Positions 1 to 14,250 of a stretch of DNA of 64,000 bases are shown piece after piece (position 1 is the first letter of the stretch; each line of letters opens with the position of its first letter). The position numbers and the translations under genes are program-made. Origin of the DNA: the human T2T-CHM13v2.0 reference genome, Homo sapiens. The stretch lies in the NCBI RefSeq assembly GCF_009914755.1, contig NC_060928.1; one strand, 5' to 3'. The notes beneath the pieces were generated by a model, which had not been told where the DNA came from, ran no database searches, and saw only the letters and a program-made list of their open reading frames with translations.

Positions 1-51
1 TGACAAAGCTGCCTTTGCTTTTATCACTTTGCAAAACAAAGAAGGGGGACA

Positions 52-560
52 TGTTAGGAACAGGACCCCCAAATCTGGCCATAAACTGGCCCCAAAACTG
101 GCCATAAACAAAATGTCTGCAGCACTGTGACATGTTCATGATGGCCGTGATGCCCATGCTGAAGGTTATGGGTTTACCGGAATGAGGGCAAGGAGCACCT
201 GGCCCACCCAGGGCGGAAAACCACTTAAGGGTGTTCCTGAACCACAAACAATAGCATGAGTGATTTGTGCCTTAAGGACATGTTACTGCTGCAGATAACT
301 AGCCAGACCCATCCTTTGTTTCACCCTATCCCTTTGTTTCCCATAAGGAATACTTTTAGTAAATCTATAATCAATAGAAACAATGCTTATCACTAGCTTG
401 CTGTCAATAAATATGTAGGTAAATCTCTGTTTGAGGCTGTCAGCTCTGAAGGCTGTGAGACCCCTGATTCCCCACTCCACACCCTATATTTCTGTGTGTG
501 CGTCTTTAATTCCTCTAGTGCCGCTGGGTTAGGGTCTCCACGACTGAGCTGGTCTTGGCA
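52..560 (+). mobile_element. MER9 LTR (HERV-K HML-3), 3' LTR of a provirus extending off the left edge
   Basis: Starts TGTTAGGAACAGGACCCCCAAATCTGGCCATAAACTGGCCCC and ends GGTCTTGGCA (TG..CA). AATAAA at ~406. Directly preceded by the polypurine tract AAAGAAGGGGGAC. Confidence 0.85.
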
Positions 561-1699
561 TATACACACATACCTACACAGACACACACTCACACACAAA
601 CATACATACACACAATCATCCTATAGCTTTTACTTCAGAACTGTAGCCATAAGATATTAATACAGATTCATAGACTTGCAAAAAAAAATAAAAAAAAAAA
701 AACAAGATTAAAACTATGGGTTTTATCTCAGTAGAAAAGAAACAGCCGATTTATAGCAGGCAAAAAATAAAATCGAGAAAAAGAGAATTTAGGAACTCTA
801 TAGTTGCAGGATGACCTTAAGCCTCCTTTTCCTTGATGTAAATGTGGACAAAGACCATGATATGTACATTTAACACAAACACTTGCAAATAGAGGTGCCA
901 TAAGGCCAACAGAGTGCCCCAAAGAGGGTTATTCTCCCTTTTTTTCTCCTCATTCTTAGTGTTTCCCACTTTTTTTTAAGGGAATAACTGAGCTGTGGTC
1001 TAGGGTTTTAGTGTGCTGGGTCAAGGTATGCTGGTTGTGGGTAGGACTCCACAATGTGTGACCACTGAGTCATGCCTGCCCTCTTATGTGTTTCAGTTTC
1101 TCTTTCCAGAGGTCTAAGCACCTCCAGGAGGGCTCAAAGCACAGAGTGACCAGCTCCTATTTGTGATTCCTAGACAAGCCATTTTAAACTAATTTTGTTG
1201 GGGGCTCCCGGTAGGACTGCTGCCTCATGGGGGTCAATCCCCCAGACACTCCCACTCGACCCCTGGTCACTCAGGTGTGACTTTCAGCTTGGAGGAGCAA
1301 AATGCCTTTTCTTTTCAGAGCTTAGAAAACTCGGTCTCTCATTTATATATGAAAATGACAGTTCAATTTCTCATGCAAATGCACACACAAGCCAAATTGA
1401 GATTAACATTGGGAGATACAGCAATAGAGAAGACCCTTTAGAATGCATCTGTGAACTGGAATGAGAATCCTAAACAACAACTTCTCAGGAAACAAAAAAA
1501 CTAGCTCAGAATAAACCAAGGACCATCAATCAAAGGGAAGTTTGGGGCTCAGGAGGACTCACCAGTTCCACCAGAGGAGAAGGTCAAAGTTAGGGAGGCT
1601 TTCAATGGGCCCCTGATGTTACTTTAGCTCCAAGTTTGAGCAACTTCTTCAGGGTCCCAAGTGTTTTCTGAGGCCCCACATGTTTGGCCACCAAATTAT
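561..1699 (-). mobile_element. MER4-group ERV1 internal (leader) sequence
   Basis: Abuts the 3' end of the MER4 LTR. Degenerate PBS-like GCCCCACATGTTTGGCCACCA at ~1673-1693 (minus strand TGGTGGCC...GGGGC). Confidence 0.6.
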
Positions 1700-2340
1700 T
1701 GTTGATGAAAAGAGTCAAACTCTGTAAAATATTTGTAAGGATTTATTCTGAGCCAAATATAAGTGACCTATGACCTATATTTATTCTGAGCGACATACAA
1801 GTGACCTATGACACAGCACTCAAGAGGTCCTGAGAACATGTGCCTGGGGTGTTTGGGACATAGCTTGGTTTTATACATTTTTGGGAGACAAGAGACATCA
1901 ATTAAGTACATTTAAAATGTATATTGGTTTGGCTCAGTTCAGAAAGCAGAATGACTCAAAGTAACTGGGAGGGGATGGTTTCCAGGTTATTGGTAGGTTT
2001 AAAAATTTCCTGGTTGACAATTGGTTGAGTTAATCTAAAGACTTGGGATCAATAATAGAAAGGAAATGTGTAGGGTAAGATGAGAGATTGTGGAGATCAA
2101 AGTTCTTATGCAGATGAAGGCTTCAGGTAAAGGGTTCAGAGGGAATAGATTGTAAATGTTTCTTATCAGACTTAAGGTCTGTGTTGATGTTAATGCTAGA
2201 GGGTATAACTAGGCATGTCTGACTCCAACTTCCTGTCTTGGCCTGATCCAGTCTTTAGGGTTAAATTTTAGGGTGCTCTGACCTAGGAGGAAGTCCATTT
2301 AGATGGTTGGGAGGCCTTAGAATTTTATTTTTGGTTTACA
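1700..2340 (-). mobile_element. MER4-group LTR (5' LTR)
   Basis: Minus strand begins TGTAAACCAAAAATAAAATTCTAAGG and ends TTTTACAGAGTTTGACTCTTTTCATCAACA. Confidence 0.8.
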
Positions 2341-2741
2341 AAATAGACACTATCAGATTTTTTAAAATCCATTAAAGCCAAAGGTATCCTATTGAAACTA
2401 AAAATTTCACACAATTTAGTTTTATACTCAAACTTTTTCAAACACTTTGATTAAATGATCATGTAGGTTAATATAAACACATTAACTTTTGATGCTCTTT
2501 TAAGGTTATTTAAAAAGTAAGTACTCATCTAAGCCCAAATAAAGAAAACAACCATCATCACCTCCATTTGAGAGGATTGAAAGATGAATTGCTGTCTAAA
2601 TAATTAGAAAAGTAGTATTTTTGAAAATTTATATGAAACAATCAGTTTTAATTTGAGTCAAAGGGAAAGTAACATTCTGAGAAGGGGATGGGCCACAGGA
2701 ATATACTTACCACATAAATGTTTAAGAGCAGAGTGTGAGGT

Positions 2742-3105
2742 TGCCATGGACTGAATGTTTATTTCCTCTAAAAATTCTTATGTAGTAGCCCTAATCTCCA
2801 AAGTCTGAAGATGGGGCCTTTGGTAGGTAATTAAGTCTTGAGGGTGGAACCCACATAATCAGATTGTGCACTTATAAGGAAGAGACGTAAGGGAGCTTGC
2901 TTCCTCTCTCTGTTCTCCACCATGTGACAATACAGTGAGAAGATGGCCATCTGTAAACCAAGATGAAAGCCCTCACAAGAACTTGACCATGCTGGCAGCC
3001 TGACCTGAGACTTCTCAGATTCTGGAACTCTAAGAAGTAAATATCTGTTGTTTAAGCCTCCCAGTGTATGGTAATTGTTATAGCAGCCCTAACAGATTAA
3101 GTCAG
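2742..3105 (+). mobile_element. MLT1A-like MaLR LTR
   Basis: TGCCATGGACTGAATGTTT start; GGGGCCTTTGG and CCACCATGTGA motifs; GTTGTTTAAGCC...TGTTATAGCAGCC end. Confidence 0.8.
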
Positions 3106-3317
3106 AGGGAGAGAAGAGGGATTGGATCAGATTAACAAAAAGTACAAAGCAGTGTGAGAATGAAAGTTACAAAGTTAATGATTGAGACTCAGTGGTTCCT
3201 GAGATACACAAGAAGTATATGGTACTGTAAGATTAGCACTGAAACTCTTAGAGGAGAAGACAGGCAGTGTGTCCATTGCTGTGGTTCAGGAGTCTTTGCT
3301 TGATAGAAAAAGGATCA

Positions 3318-3624
<307 letters not shown>

Positions 3625-3807
3625 GGCAGGTGTGGGGATGATCAATGGGATAGCCAACTCTTGTCATTCTCACTTCCAGGTGGAAGAGCAATTGTTCTTG
3701 ATCAGCAACACAATTTCTAGATCTAGTTTATCCTACAAAATGTCCTGTTGCTTAGTTTCCTTCAATTTACCCACACCACATAATCATAGCTCTTCATTAA
3801 AAAATAT

Positions 3808-3819
3808 ATGTGTGTGTGT

Positions 3820-3856
<37 letters not shown>
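3808..3856. repeat. (TG)n microsatellite
   Basis: Direct observation. Confidence 0.95.
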
Positions 3857-3857
<1 letters not shown>

Positions 3858-4119
3858 TTTAGGGAAATCTTTTTGCTTTTTTTTTTAAAAAAGCAAACTT
3901 TATTTAAAAACCACATTTTTTTATGTCTGAGTTTCAGTATATTGCCACTGCAATTAGATGTTTTTTGTATTTTTATAGTTGAACTTTTGAAAATGCTTCA
4001 TTTCCTTTGGCATTAAAGTCTAATTTTGTACACTAAATTTAGATGAGTAAGTATTAGCAAAGAAAATGTAACTTCCTTAATTTAATTGTTTGTATGAGGT
4101 ATTATTCAACCATTTGTTA

Positions 4120-4337
4120 GTTGGGGCCTTTGGGAGGTTATTAAGCCTTGAGGATGGAGCTGTCATAATCAAATTGTGTCCTTATAAGAAAAGACTTGAG
4201 AGCTTGTTTCCTCTCTGCTCTCCACCATGTGAGAATATAGTGAGAAGACAACCATCTGTAAACCAGGAAGAAAGCCCTCACCAAGAATTTGACCATGCTG
4301 GCAGCCTAACCTGGGACTTCCCAGCCTTGAGAAACTC
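4120..4337 (+). mobile_element. MLT1A-like LTR fragment
   Basis: Alignable to 2812-3030 of the upstream MLT1A. Confidence 0.75.
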
Positions 4338-5534
4338 CATTTCCTTTCTCAAGGCTTATTTAAACTGTGACATTTAATAATGTACTTGGACTAAATAAAA
4401 TGAATGAGAGTAGAGACAACCGAAAGAAATATCTTAAAGTTTTCAGTTAGGATACCTTTTCTGCTGATTTTAAAATTCACTTTGAAACATTCTGTTTCAG
4501 AATTATGTCTTTTTTGAGTAAATTCCAAATCTGTCTGGTTTTTCTCTGCTGTTTTTTTCCCCAAAGATGTCAGTACATTTATATAATATTGTGGCCATAA
4601 GAAATGTTTCTCATATTTGAAACTGAGCCCTTTATTGTCTATACACTTGAGAGGCTGGTGTGTTGCAGTAATTGGCTTTTTCTGAGGTGCTCATAGTCAT
4701 AGCTATCACTTTCCCACTTATATCATCAGCTTTAAATATTGGTGAACAGCAGCAACATTGAATTGTTTTTCCTTTCTCTCCTTGGCAATGAAAAATGTAC
4801 TCCCTCACTGAATACCAAATATAATACTTAATTAAGTCCAATATCATATTTTATTTCCTATAGCTGTTGAATATTATTTCTTTATATCTCATTATCCTCA
4901 GAGATCTTGATGACATAGAAATGAGATCATGAAGAAGAAATGAGTTTTTTGGAAAATTTAATTTATCAAGAAATCTTTCTAAAATGACACTTTCTAGGGA
5001 ATCAAATAGATGAAATATGACTTAAATACATATAGAACTATATATGATAAAAAAAGCTGTTGAAATTAAATTCTGAATAAAATAGATGAATCTGTGGCAG
5101 AAGTAAATAAGTATGAAATACATACAGTGATTTACTCCTTATTCTTATTAAATATTGCAGTTGTGGAAAGCAGAAGGGCTGACATTGATCATTTAAAGTG
5201 AAGGATAATTAGTGGCTATAGGGGACTTGGGTTGGGAGTGGCTGTTGATTTGCTATGGTCAATTGGCTATAAAATTTAAAAAAATGTCTCCATAGAGGCT
5301 GATTCTGACACAGGAGGAAAAAAGACATTATGTGAACAAGCAGGCATAAATACTGTTCAACAAGACCCTTAATATTTGGTAATGTCGTACCCCAAAAGAG
5401 ATCTGCAATCAGATGGTAAGCAGACTTGACCCAAAGTTTGATTTTAAGATCAGGTTGTTTTTATCTTTCCACCTCACAGGATGCTTTATGTAGTAATAAT
5501 ATTTTAATGACAAAATAATCATAGTAAGCATTAG

Positions 5535-5740
5535 AATTTTTTATTTATTGCTTACTAGCCACCATTTAATATGTTAAGCTGTTTATGTGAATTATCTCAT
5601 TTAATTCTAACAGCAGTCTTAGGAGGTTGACAATTTTATTACTGACCTACTTACTATCAGAGAAATTAAAAGACAAGATAACATGACTAGTAAAACCATG
5701 ATTTGTCTCCAGTGAGCTGACTCTAGATCACATGTTCTTG
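5535..5740 (-). mobile_element. MIR relic
   Basis: ATTATCTCATTTAATTCTAACAGCAG core-like motif. Confidence 0.55.
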
Positions 5741-6487
5741 ATCTCTTTTACATTTTTATAATTGAAATTTTAGTTTGTATTGAGACAATTGTAGATTCAC
5801 ATGCAGTTTAAAGTGATAGTACTGAGAAATCATTTGTGCACTTAGCCCAGTTTTTCCCAATGGTAACATTTTGCAAAATTATAGTATAATATTACAATAA
5901 GTACACTGACGTTTATACAATCCACCAGTCTTACTCAGATTTCCTCAGGTTTTTTTTTGTACTCATGTGCTTGGGTGTGTGTTTTATATTCTATATGATT
6001 TTATTATCTAAGTTCATGTATTTGCCACCACAGTCAAGATACTGAACAATTCTCACACCACAAAAATTCTGCATGTTAACCTTTTATAAACACATTCATC
6101 TCCCTCTTATTCTTCCCTCATTCCTATCCCCGGGCAACCACTAATCTTCCCTCTATTTCTAAAGTTGTGTCATTAAAAAATTTTTTTATATAAGTGTAAT
6201 TATATAGTATGTACACTTTTGTAATTGACCTTTTTCACTGGAGAGTCATTCATGTTGATGAGTTTATCAACAATTCCATAATTTATTCACTTTTATTGTG
6301 ATTTAGTATTGCATGGTGTGAATGTACCACAGTTTAAGTATTTACCTGTTGAAGGACATCTGCGTTATTTACAGTTTTTGGCTATTACAAATAAAGCTAC
6401 TTTCAACACTTTAGCTTGTTGTATGAAACAAATTTCCTTTAGCTTACATAGTAATTTAATGTTGAATATTATAAGAAACTTTGAAAT

Positions 6488-7475
6488 TGTATTAATCAGG
6501 GTCTTCCCGGACAAACCGAGGACTGTGCTGCTTATTCTCGTGGCCCAATAACAAGATGCAGATGAACTGGGAAAGAAGGGAGTTTATTTCTGTATCCGGG
6601 TATAGGGAGAAGGCTTGGAAAATATTGCCAGACCAACTCAAAATTGCAAAGTTTTTCAGAGCTTATGTACCCTCTATGCTATATGTTTACGTGTAGGTGT
6701 GCATTCATCAAAAGACATAAGTGGTTAACTTCTAATCTGTAACTAAGATCTGAGTCCTGAAGATGTTCCTCTGGAGCCTCAGTAAATTTACTTAATCTAA
6801 ATGGGTCTAGGTGCTGGGGTGATTACCCTTATCTTGTCTCTTGCTAAATCCTGGAGGTTTGGGGAGTTCCTTCAGACCCCAATAAACTTGTTTGTGGAGG
6901 TCTGGAGAGTTTCTTCAGACCCCCAATAAAACTTGTTTAATCCTAAATGGGTCCGGTTAAGAATTCCTTCATTATCTTGTCATGCTTCAAGACCTAGGAA
7001 GGGCCTGGGCAAAACTCTCGGTGGGCTTTTGTTACATTCCAACATTTGCATAAGGGCATTGGCTTCTTCAGTGGTTAACTTAACCACTCAGTCAGAAGCT
7101 GATGCCATAACTCTTGGTCTAAGGTTGAAAACCTGAAAACTGGAGGGAGTGGTGTTGGCACAAGTCCTGGAGTCCAGAGGCCAGAAAACTTAGATCTAGA
7201 TTTTCGATGTCAAAGGGCAGGAGAAGAAAGTTGTCCCAGCTTCAAGAGAAAGAGAGCAAATTCATGTTTTTCCTGTTGTTTGTTCTCTGTGGGACCCAAA
7301 CTGATTGGATGCTGCCTGCCCACATTAACGGCGGATCTTTTCTATTCAGTCCACTGACTCATATAGCAGTTTTCTCTAGAAACACACTCACAGACTTTAC
7401 CCAGAAATAATGCTTTACCAGCTATCTAGGTATCCCTTAATCCAGTCAAGTTGACACCTAAAATTGACCATTACA
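6488..7475 (-). mobile_element. MLT2-type ERVL LTR split by a younger LTR
   Basis: TGTATTAATCAGGGT at the left. 7095-7475 ends CCAGTCAAGTTGACACCTAAAATTGACCATTACA. Confidence 0.7.
6503..7094 (-). mobile_element. ERV1-type LTR, family not identified
   Basis: Less diverged LTR-like block with minus-strand AATAAA (TTTATT ~6583) and an internal ~43-bp tandem duplication (6853-6938). Confidence 0.6.
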
Positions 7476-8050
7476 TAAACTTTTTTTCCTGAGTGGCAGA
7501 ACCATTTTATGTTTCTACCAGCAATATGTGAGTGATTCAGTTTCTTAGGATCCTCGATAGTATTTGGTGTTGTCATCACTTTTTTTTTAGTTGTTCTGAT
7601 AAGTATATAGAAATATCTTACTGTGGTTTTAATTTACACTTTCCTAATGGTTGATGACATGGAACAATTTTTAATGTGCATATTTGCCTCCTGTATATCA
7701 TATTTAGTGAAATGTCTATCACATCTTTTTCCAACATTCTAATTGGATTCTTTTCTTACTGTTGAATTTTGAGAGCTTTAAGATATATTATAAATACTAG
7801 TCCTTTGCCAGATATGTGGTTTGCAAATATTTTCTCTGTGACTCCAGCTTGTCGTTTCATTATTTCATGTTCACAGAGCAGAAGTTTTTAATTTTGGTGA
7901 GATCCAATTTATCAATGTTTTCTTTTATAGATTGTGCTTTTGGTGTCAAAACGAAGAACACTTTGCCTAGAGCTACATCCTGAAGTTTTTCTTTTATATA
8001 TTTTGAAAAAGATTCATGGTTTATATATTTTACATTTAAGTCTATATATT

Positions 8051-8745
<695 letters not shown>

Positions 8746-10854
8746 GGTTATTTTTAAGTAATTGTTTTGTAAATATTACTGGACTATTTTAGTTTCAATA
8801 AACGTGATACATATTCTCTTTGAAATGGTACAGGGCTTTTCTCTGTTGCCATTTTCAGTGTGACTACAGAATGTGGGGCCTACATGACACAGAGATAAGT
8901 CACCCTTGCCAGAGTGACTGAGTTATGACCCATAATGTTTACATCAATGCATCTTTTATTTCTGTCCAAAGTAGTCAAGATACATCTTCTCCTGTGCTCA
9001 TTTTCTTTACAGTTTATGTCATGACCACTCTTCATTCCTTTGGGAAACCTCCTCCCAAGTACATGTTTAGATCATGTGATTTATCCATGTCTGCTCTTAG
9101 CTTGGTGAACATTATATGCAAAAACCATTTTGCTTTTGTTATAGTATGCAGTTTTGTCTGTTTTAAAGTACTATACTTCTCTTTAAACAGAAGTCATTCC
9201 AAATACTGTTGCAATGATTTGAAGTTACAAGCTTCAAATAGGAAAAATAAATGACTCTCTACATCTTATTTATGAGTTCGCTGCATGCCTGCTCCACTAA
9301 CAAAAGCTTTCACCCATATATGTATTAGTTGAATTTTGTTGTAAGTGAATCAGTTAATTTTTATTCTTACTTGACAGAGTAGATGATTCAATTCATGCAA
9401 GTCAGAATGTCAAATTGTTCTGGCAATCTAAGAAAAGGCTGATTTCGATGACAGGAACTCTATGAATACGTGAGTTCTTTGTCTTATGGAACTATCACCG
9501 TCATGACATATTGCTAAGGTCTTTGAAACACATTTATAAATTTTATTCTGTTAGAATTTTGGCATGGGCCAAAATTAAAAGCAAATTTGTCTTGCTCATT
9601 TCTCCTGTGCAGATTACTTACAATCTGATTGACTCATGAATTGTTCTTTTTATCCTCGACTTGTTAAGTACAAAGCAGTCTCTGAAGCAGAAATAAATTG
9701 TCAAAAATTAAAGGCCAAGCAAGGGAGTCAGTAACTTGTCCTTTAGGTTTGGAAAAGCCCCAGGCAAGTTACTTCAAGCCTTTAAGTCATTATCTTGGTG
9801 TTTAACATGCCTTGATGATCACTGATGATCTCCCATGTGACATAATGTTCTTTGTGCATAAAGATGAGCCCATATGTGGTTATGCAGCTCTTTTCAAAGT
9901 TATCTTCTTTGTAGCAACAGTTTCTATAAAACCCTTTGATATCCTCAATCAGAAAGTAAGTGCTTGCCTTCAGGTAACATAAAGGTATCTTAGCAACAGG
10001 AGGAGAAATTACTGCTTACTGCAGTGATTTGTGAAAAAAAAATCAGTCTATATTTTGAATGAACTAAGTATATTTGTCAAGTAGAGTCCAGTCAAGGTGG
10101 TTTCAATTTCTACTCATTGCTAATTTAATTATTCATTGAGGATCTCTTCTTTGTTTCATCTCACATTTCTCTCTTCCTTGAAAAAGAAAATGAATTTATA
10201 GATTCAGTCCTAGATTTTTCCTATTCATTGTAACATATATCCTGATTCTACCTTTTTCACGTCTCAGATTTACTGTAATCTACAGAAGAAAAGCTCCATT
10301 TACAAACTAGTTTACAAATAGTACCTTCCAGAATGTTTAATAGAATGTAATGTCAGATGTAATAAACTATAATAGAATGTGACAAAAGAATATGAGATTA
10401 ACAGCTTTTCAAATCCTAAAGAAAGTAAAAGATAAAGGGAAAACAATAGCTTTGTAAGGAAAGCCAAAATAAAAATATAACTATAACCAGGCATTATGTT
10501 TGTAACCCTATTAACTTAAATATAGTTAGCAATGAGCAAAGGAAATGGTGGTGGTGGCTCATGTTTCAAAAACCAGCAAAATAAGAGAAACACACAGTAT
10601 TCAACCAAGGAAAATAGACTGTTAGCTCATTAGTAGCATAAGGGCTCCCCCCCTTTTTTTTTGGCTAATCAGATTTATTTCTCTTATTTTTTTCCATTAT
10701 ATTATGGCAAAAGTATACAGTGTTACTGTAGGTTTTAAGAGAAAACATGACATATATAATTTTTTAGCCATTGTATTTTCTATATGTATAATGTATCAGT
10801 AGAAGAAAACAATGGAAAAAGAGGGGTAGGTAGTAAGGCAGATAAATTATTTTT

Positions 10855-13800
10855 CCCTTTTATAAATGTATACTAATTTACATATTTATGGGGTGCATGC
10901 AAGTGTTTGTTACATGCATAGACTAAGTAATGATCAAGTCAGGGTATTTGGGGTATTCATCAACTTGAGTGTTTATCGTGTTTATGTGTTGGTAACGTTT
11001 CATTTCTTCTGGTTACCTTGAAATATACATAATACTGTGGCTAAGTATATTCACTCTAGTCTTCAATCAAACATTAGAACTTATTTATTCTAACTAACTG
11101 TATGTTTGTATCCATAACCAACCTCTCTCCATTCCCAACTAACCCCCTACCCAGTCTCTGATATGGATTGGGTCTACAGGATCAAGGATTTTATCTCATA
11201 AATGAGTGAGAACATGCAATATTTGTCTTTCTGTGCCTTGTTTATTTCATTTAATGACTTCCAGTTCCACTCATGTTGCTGGAAATGACATGATTTGATT
11301 CCTAATTTATGGCCAAATAGTGTTTCATTGTGTATGTATACCACACTCTCTTTGCCATTTATCTGTTGATGGGCACTAAAGTTGATTCTATCTCTTAGTT
11401 ATTGTGAATAGTGCTGCCATAAACATATGAGTGTGGGTATCCTTTTTTTTTATTCTTTTAATTTTTTAGGTTTTTTAAAAAAATGTTTTATCAGACCTGT
11501 CAGGGATGAAAGGTATCTTTTAGATATACTGATTATTTTTGTTTGGGTAGATAACACAGTAGGGGGATTGCTAGATCTTACGGTAGCTCTAATTTTAGTT
11601 TTCTGAAAAATCTCTATACTGTTTTCCATAGTGATTGTACTAATTTACATTTACACAAACAGTGTATAAGAGTTCCCCTTCCTTTCCTCCTTATCCTCAC
11701 TTGTTATTTTTTGTTTTTTTAATAATAGTTATTCCAACTGGGGTGAGATAATATCTCATTGTGGTTTTGACTTGCATTTCCGTGATGACTTAAACATTCA
11801 TGACTTAAACATTTTGAATATTTACTTGTTGGCCATCTGTATGTCTTCTTTTGCGAAATGTCTATTCACGTCCTTTGCCTATTTTTAATGGGATTTTTTT
11901 CTTTTCTTTTCTTTTTTTTTTTTCACTGTTAAGATGTTTGAGTTCATTGTATATTCTGGATATTAGTCTCTTGTCAGATGAGTACTTTGCAAATATCTTT
12001 TCCCATTCAAGACATTGTCTCTTCATTCTGTTTGTTTCTTTTGCTGTGCAGAGCTTTATAGTTTAATATAGTCCCTTTTTGCTAAGGATTGCTTCAGCTA
12101 TTCAGGCTATTTTTTTGTTCCATATACATTTCAGGTTTTTTTTTTCTATTTGTATGAAAAATGATGTCGATACTTTTATAGAGATTGTATTACATTTGTA
12201 GATTGCTTTGGGTAATATGGTCATTTTAATGATATTCTCCTGATCCATGAGCATGGGATGTCTTTTCATTTGTCCTCTTCATTTTTTTCATCAGTATTCT
12301 GTAATTTTCCCTTTAGAGATATTCCACCACCATGGTTAAATGTATTCCTAGGTATTTTATTTTATTTTTTGTAGCTATTGTAATGTGATTGCTTTCTTTT
12401 TCAGTTATTTCATTATTGGCATACAAAAGTTTACTGATTTTTATGTATTAAATTTGTATCCTGTTAATTTACTGAATTTGTTCATCAGTTGTAAGAGTTT
12501 TCTGGTGGGATCCTTTGGTTTTCCTAGATACAAGATTATGACATCTGCAAAGAGTGACAATTTGACTTCCTGTTTTCAATTTGAATACATTTTCTTTCCT
12601 TCCTGCCTTCCTTCGTTCCTTCCTTCCTTCTCTCCCTTCCTTCCTTCCTTTACTTCCTTCCTCCCTCCCTTCTTTCCTTTCCTTCCTTCCTCCCTCCCTT
12701 CTTTCCTTTCCTTCCTTCCTCCCTCCCTTCTTTCCTTTCTTCTCTCCCTTCCTTCCTTCTTCCCTCCCTCCCTTCCTCCCTCCCTTCTTCCCTCCCTTCC
12801 TTCCTTCCTTGTCTTCTTTCCTTGTTTTCCTTCCTTGCCTTCGTTCCTTCCTTGTCTTCCTTCCTTCCTTCCTTGTTTTCCTTCCTTGCCTCCCTTCCTT
12901 CCTTGTCTGCCTGCCTTCCTTCCTTCCTTCCTTCCTCCTTTCCTTCCTTCCTTCCTTCCTTCCTTCCCTCCTTCCTTCCTTGCTTCCTTGCTTTCCTTTC
13001 TTTTTTGCCTGTTAGTTCTGGCCAGGGCTTCCAGTACTATGCTGAATAGGAGAAGTGAAAGTGGGCATCCTTGTCTTGTTCCAGTTCTTAGATAAAAGAC
13101 TTTCAACTTTTCACCATTTAGTATGATGTTAGCTGTTGGTTTGTCATATATGGTCTTTATAGTTTGAAGTGTGGTCCTTCTTTGCCTAGTTTGTTGAAGG
13201 GTTTTATCATAAGGCAGTGTTGAATTTTGTCAAATGCTTTTTCTCTATCTATTAAGATGATCATATGGTTTTTGTCCTTCATTCTGTTGATGTGATGTAT
13301 CATGCTTATTGATTTGTGTATGTTGAATCATCCTTGCATCTCTAGTACAAGTTCTACTTGTTCATGGTGTATTGTCTTTTTGATGTGGTTTGGATTTGGT
13401 TTGCTAGATCCATTGTACCTATGTTCATCAGGGATATTGGCTGAGGTTTTCTTTATTTCTTGTGTCCTTATCTAATTTTGGTATCAGGGTAATGCTGGAT
13501 GTAGAATGAGTTAGGGACAAGTCCCTTCTATTCAGTTTTTTGGAATAGTTTGAGTAGGATTGGTATTAGTTTTTCTCTGTATGTTTGGTAGAATTGCACA
13601 GTGAATCCATCTGGTCCTGGGCTTTCCTTTGTTGGGAGACTTTTATTACTGATTCAATCTTGCTACCCATTGTTGGTCTGTTCAGGTTTTCTAGTTCTTT
13701 GTGATTCAATATTGGTAAGTTGTATGTTTCCAGGAATGTAACCATTGCCTCTAGGTCTTCCAGTTTGTTAGCATGTAATTGTTCATAATAATCTCTGTGC

Positions 13801-14250
13801 TCTCACAGTGGCACCTGCTGCAGCTGCTTAGGTCATAAGGATGTGAGTGAGCAGCTCAAGTTTCCTGTTTGGTGCAATGCTCTCCTGATTTGGGGTCTCC
13901 AAATGAGTGCCTATGCTAGCTAGTGTCAGGGTTCATGTAGGTAGAAGAGCTCTCTCATGGTTTGGATTGCAGCAGTCTGTGGTGGGCATGTGGACCAATG
14001 AAGTTCCCTCACTTACTCCTTTCCCATAATACAGACCCCATCTGGGCTCCCAGCAAATCTTGGCTGAGCTGGCTGCTGGCTTCCTCCTCATTCTGTGCCT
14101 CAGGTGTTTCTCATACTTCTCTGTTGGATTCTAGTGTTCTCACTAAGATGCTCTCTTCAAGATACGATAAACTAATGGCAATTTTGGGTTTTCTTTCTGG
14201 AAAGGGCAAGTGTCTGATGTCTCTAGTCAGCCACCTTGAACTGGAATCCC
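10855..14250 (-). mobile_element. L1MA-type element, internally deleted (5' UTR fused to mid-ORF2; second deletion at ~12080)
   Basis: 3' UTR at 10855. RT-region peptide [25 protein letters not shown] (ORF 12576..13106). Minus-strand 5' end GGGATTCCAGTTCAAGGTGGCTGACTAGAG at 14250. Confidence 0.8.
12593..13005. repeat. (CCTT/CTTT)n polypyrimidine low-complexity tract, ~410 bp
   Basis: Direct observation; embedded in L1 ORF2. Confidence 0.95.

Larger units (their letters stand above)
5755..8050 (-). mobile_element. L1MC-type 3' end, interrupted by MLT2 and an ERV1 LTR
   Basis: TTGAGACAATTGTAGATTCACATGCAGTT 3' UTR end. Resumes at 7476 with antisense ORF2 C-terminal motifs (TGTGGTTTTAATTT, GATATGTGGTTTGCAAATATTTTCTC). 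Confidence 0.75.

Noticed and set aside
12385-13106. Longest ORFs (236, 176, 144 aa)
   Set aside because: Translations of the (CCTT)n tract plus flanking L1; stop-free because of low complexity.
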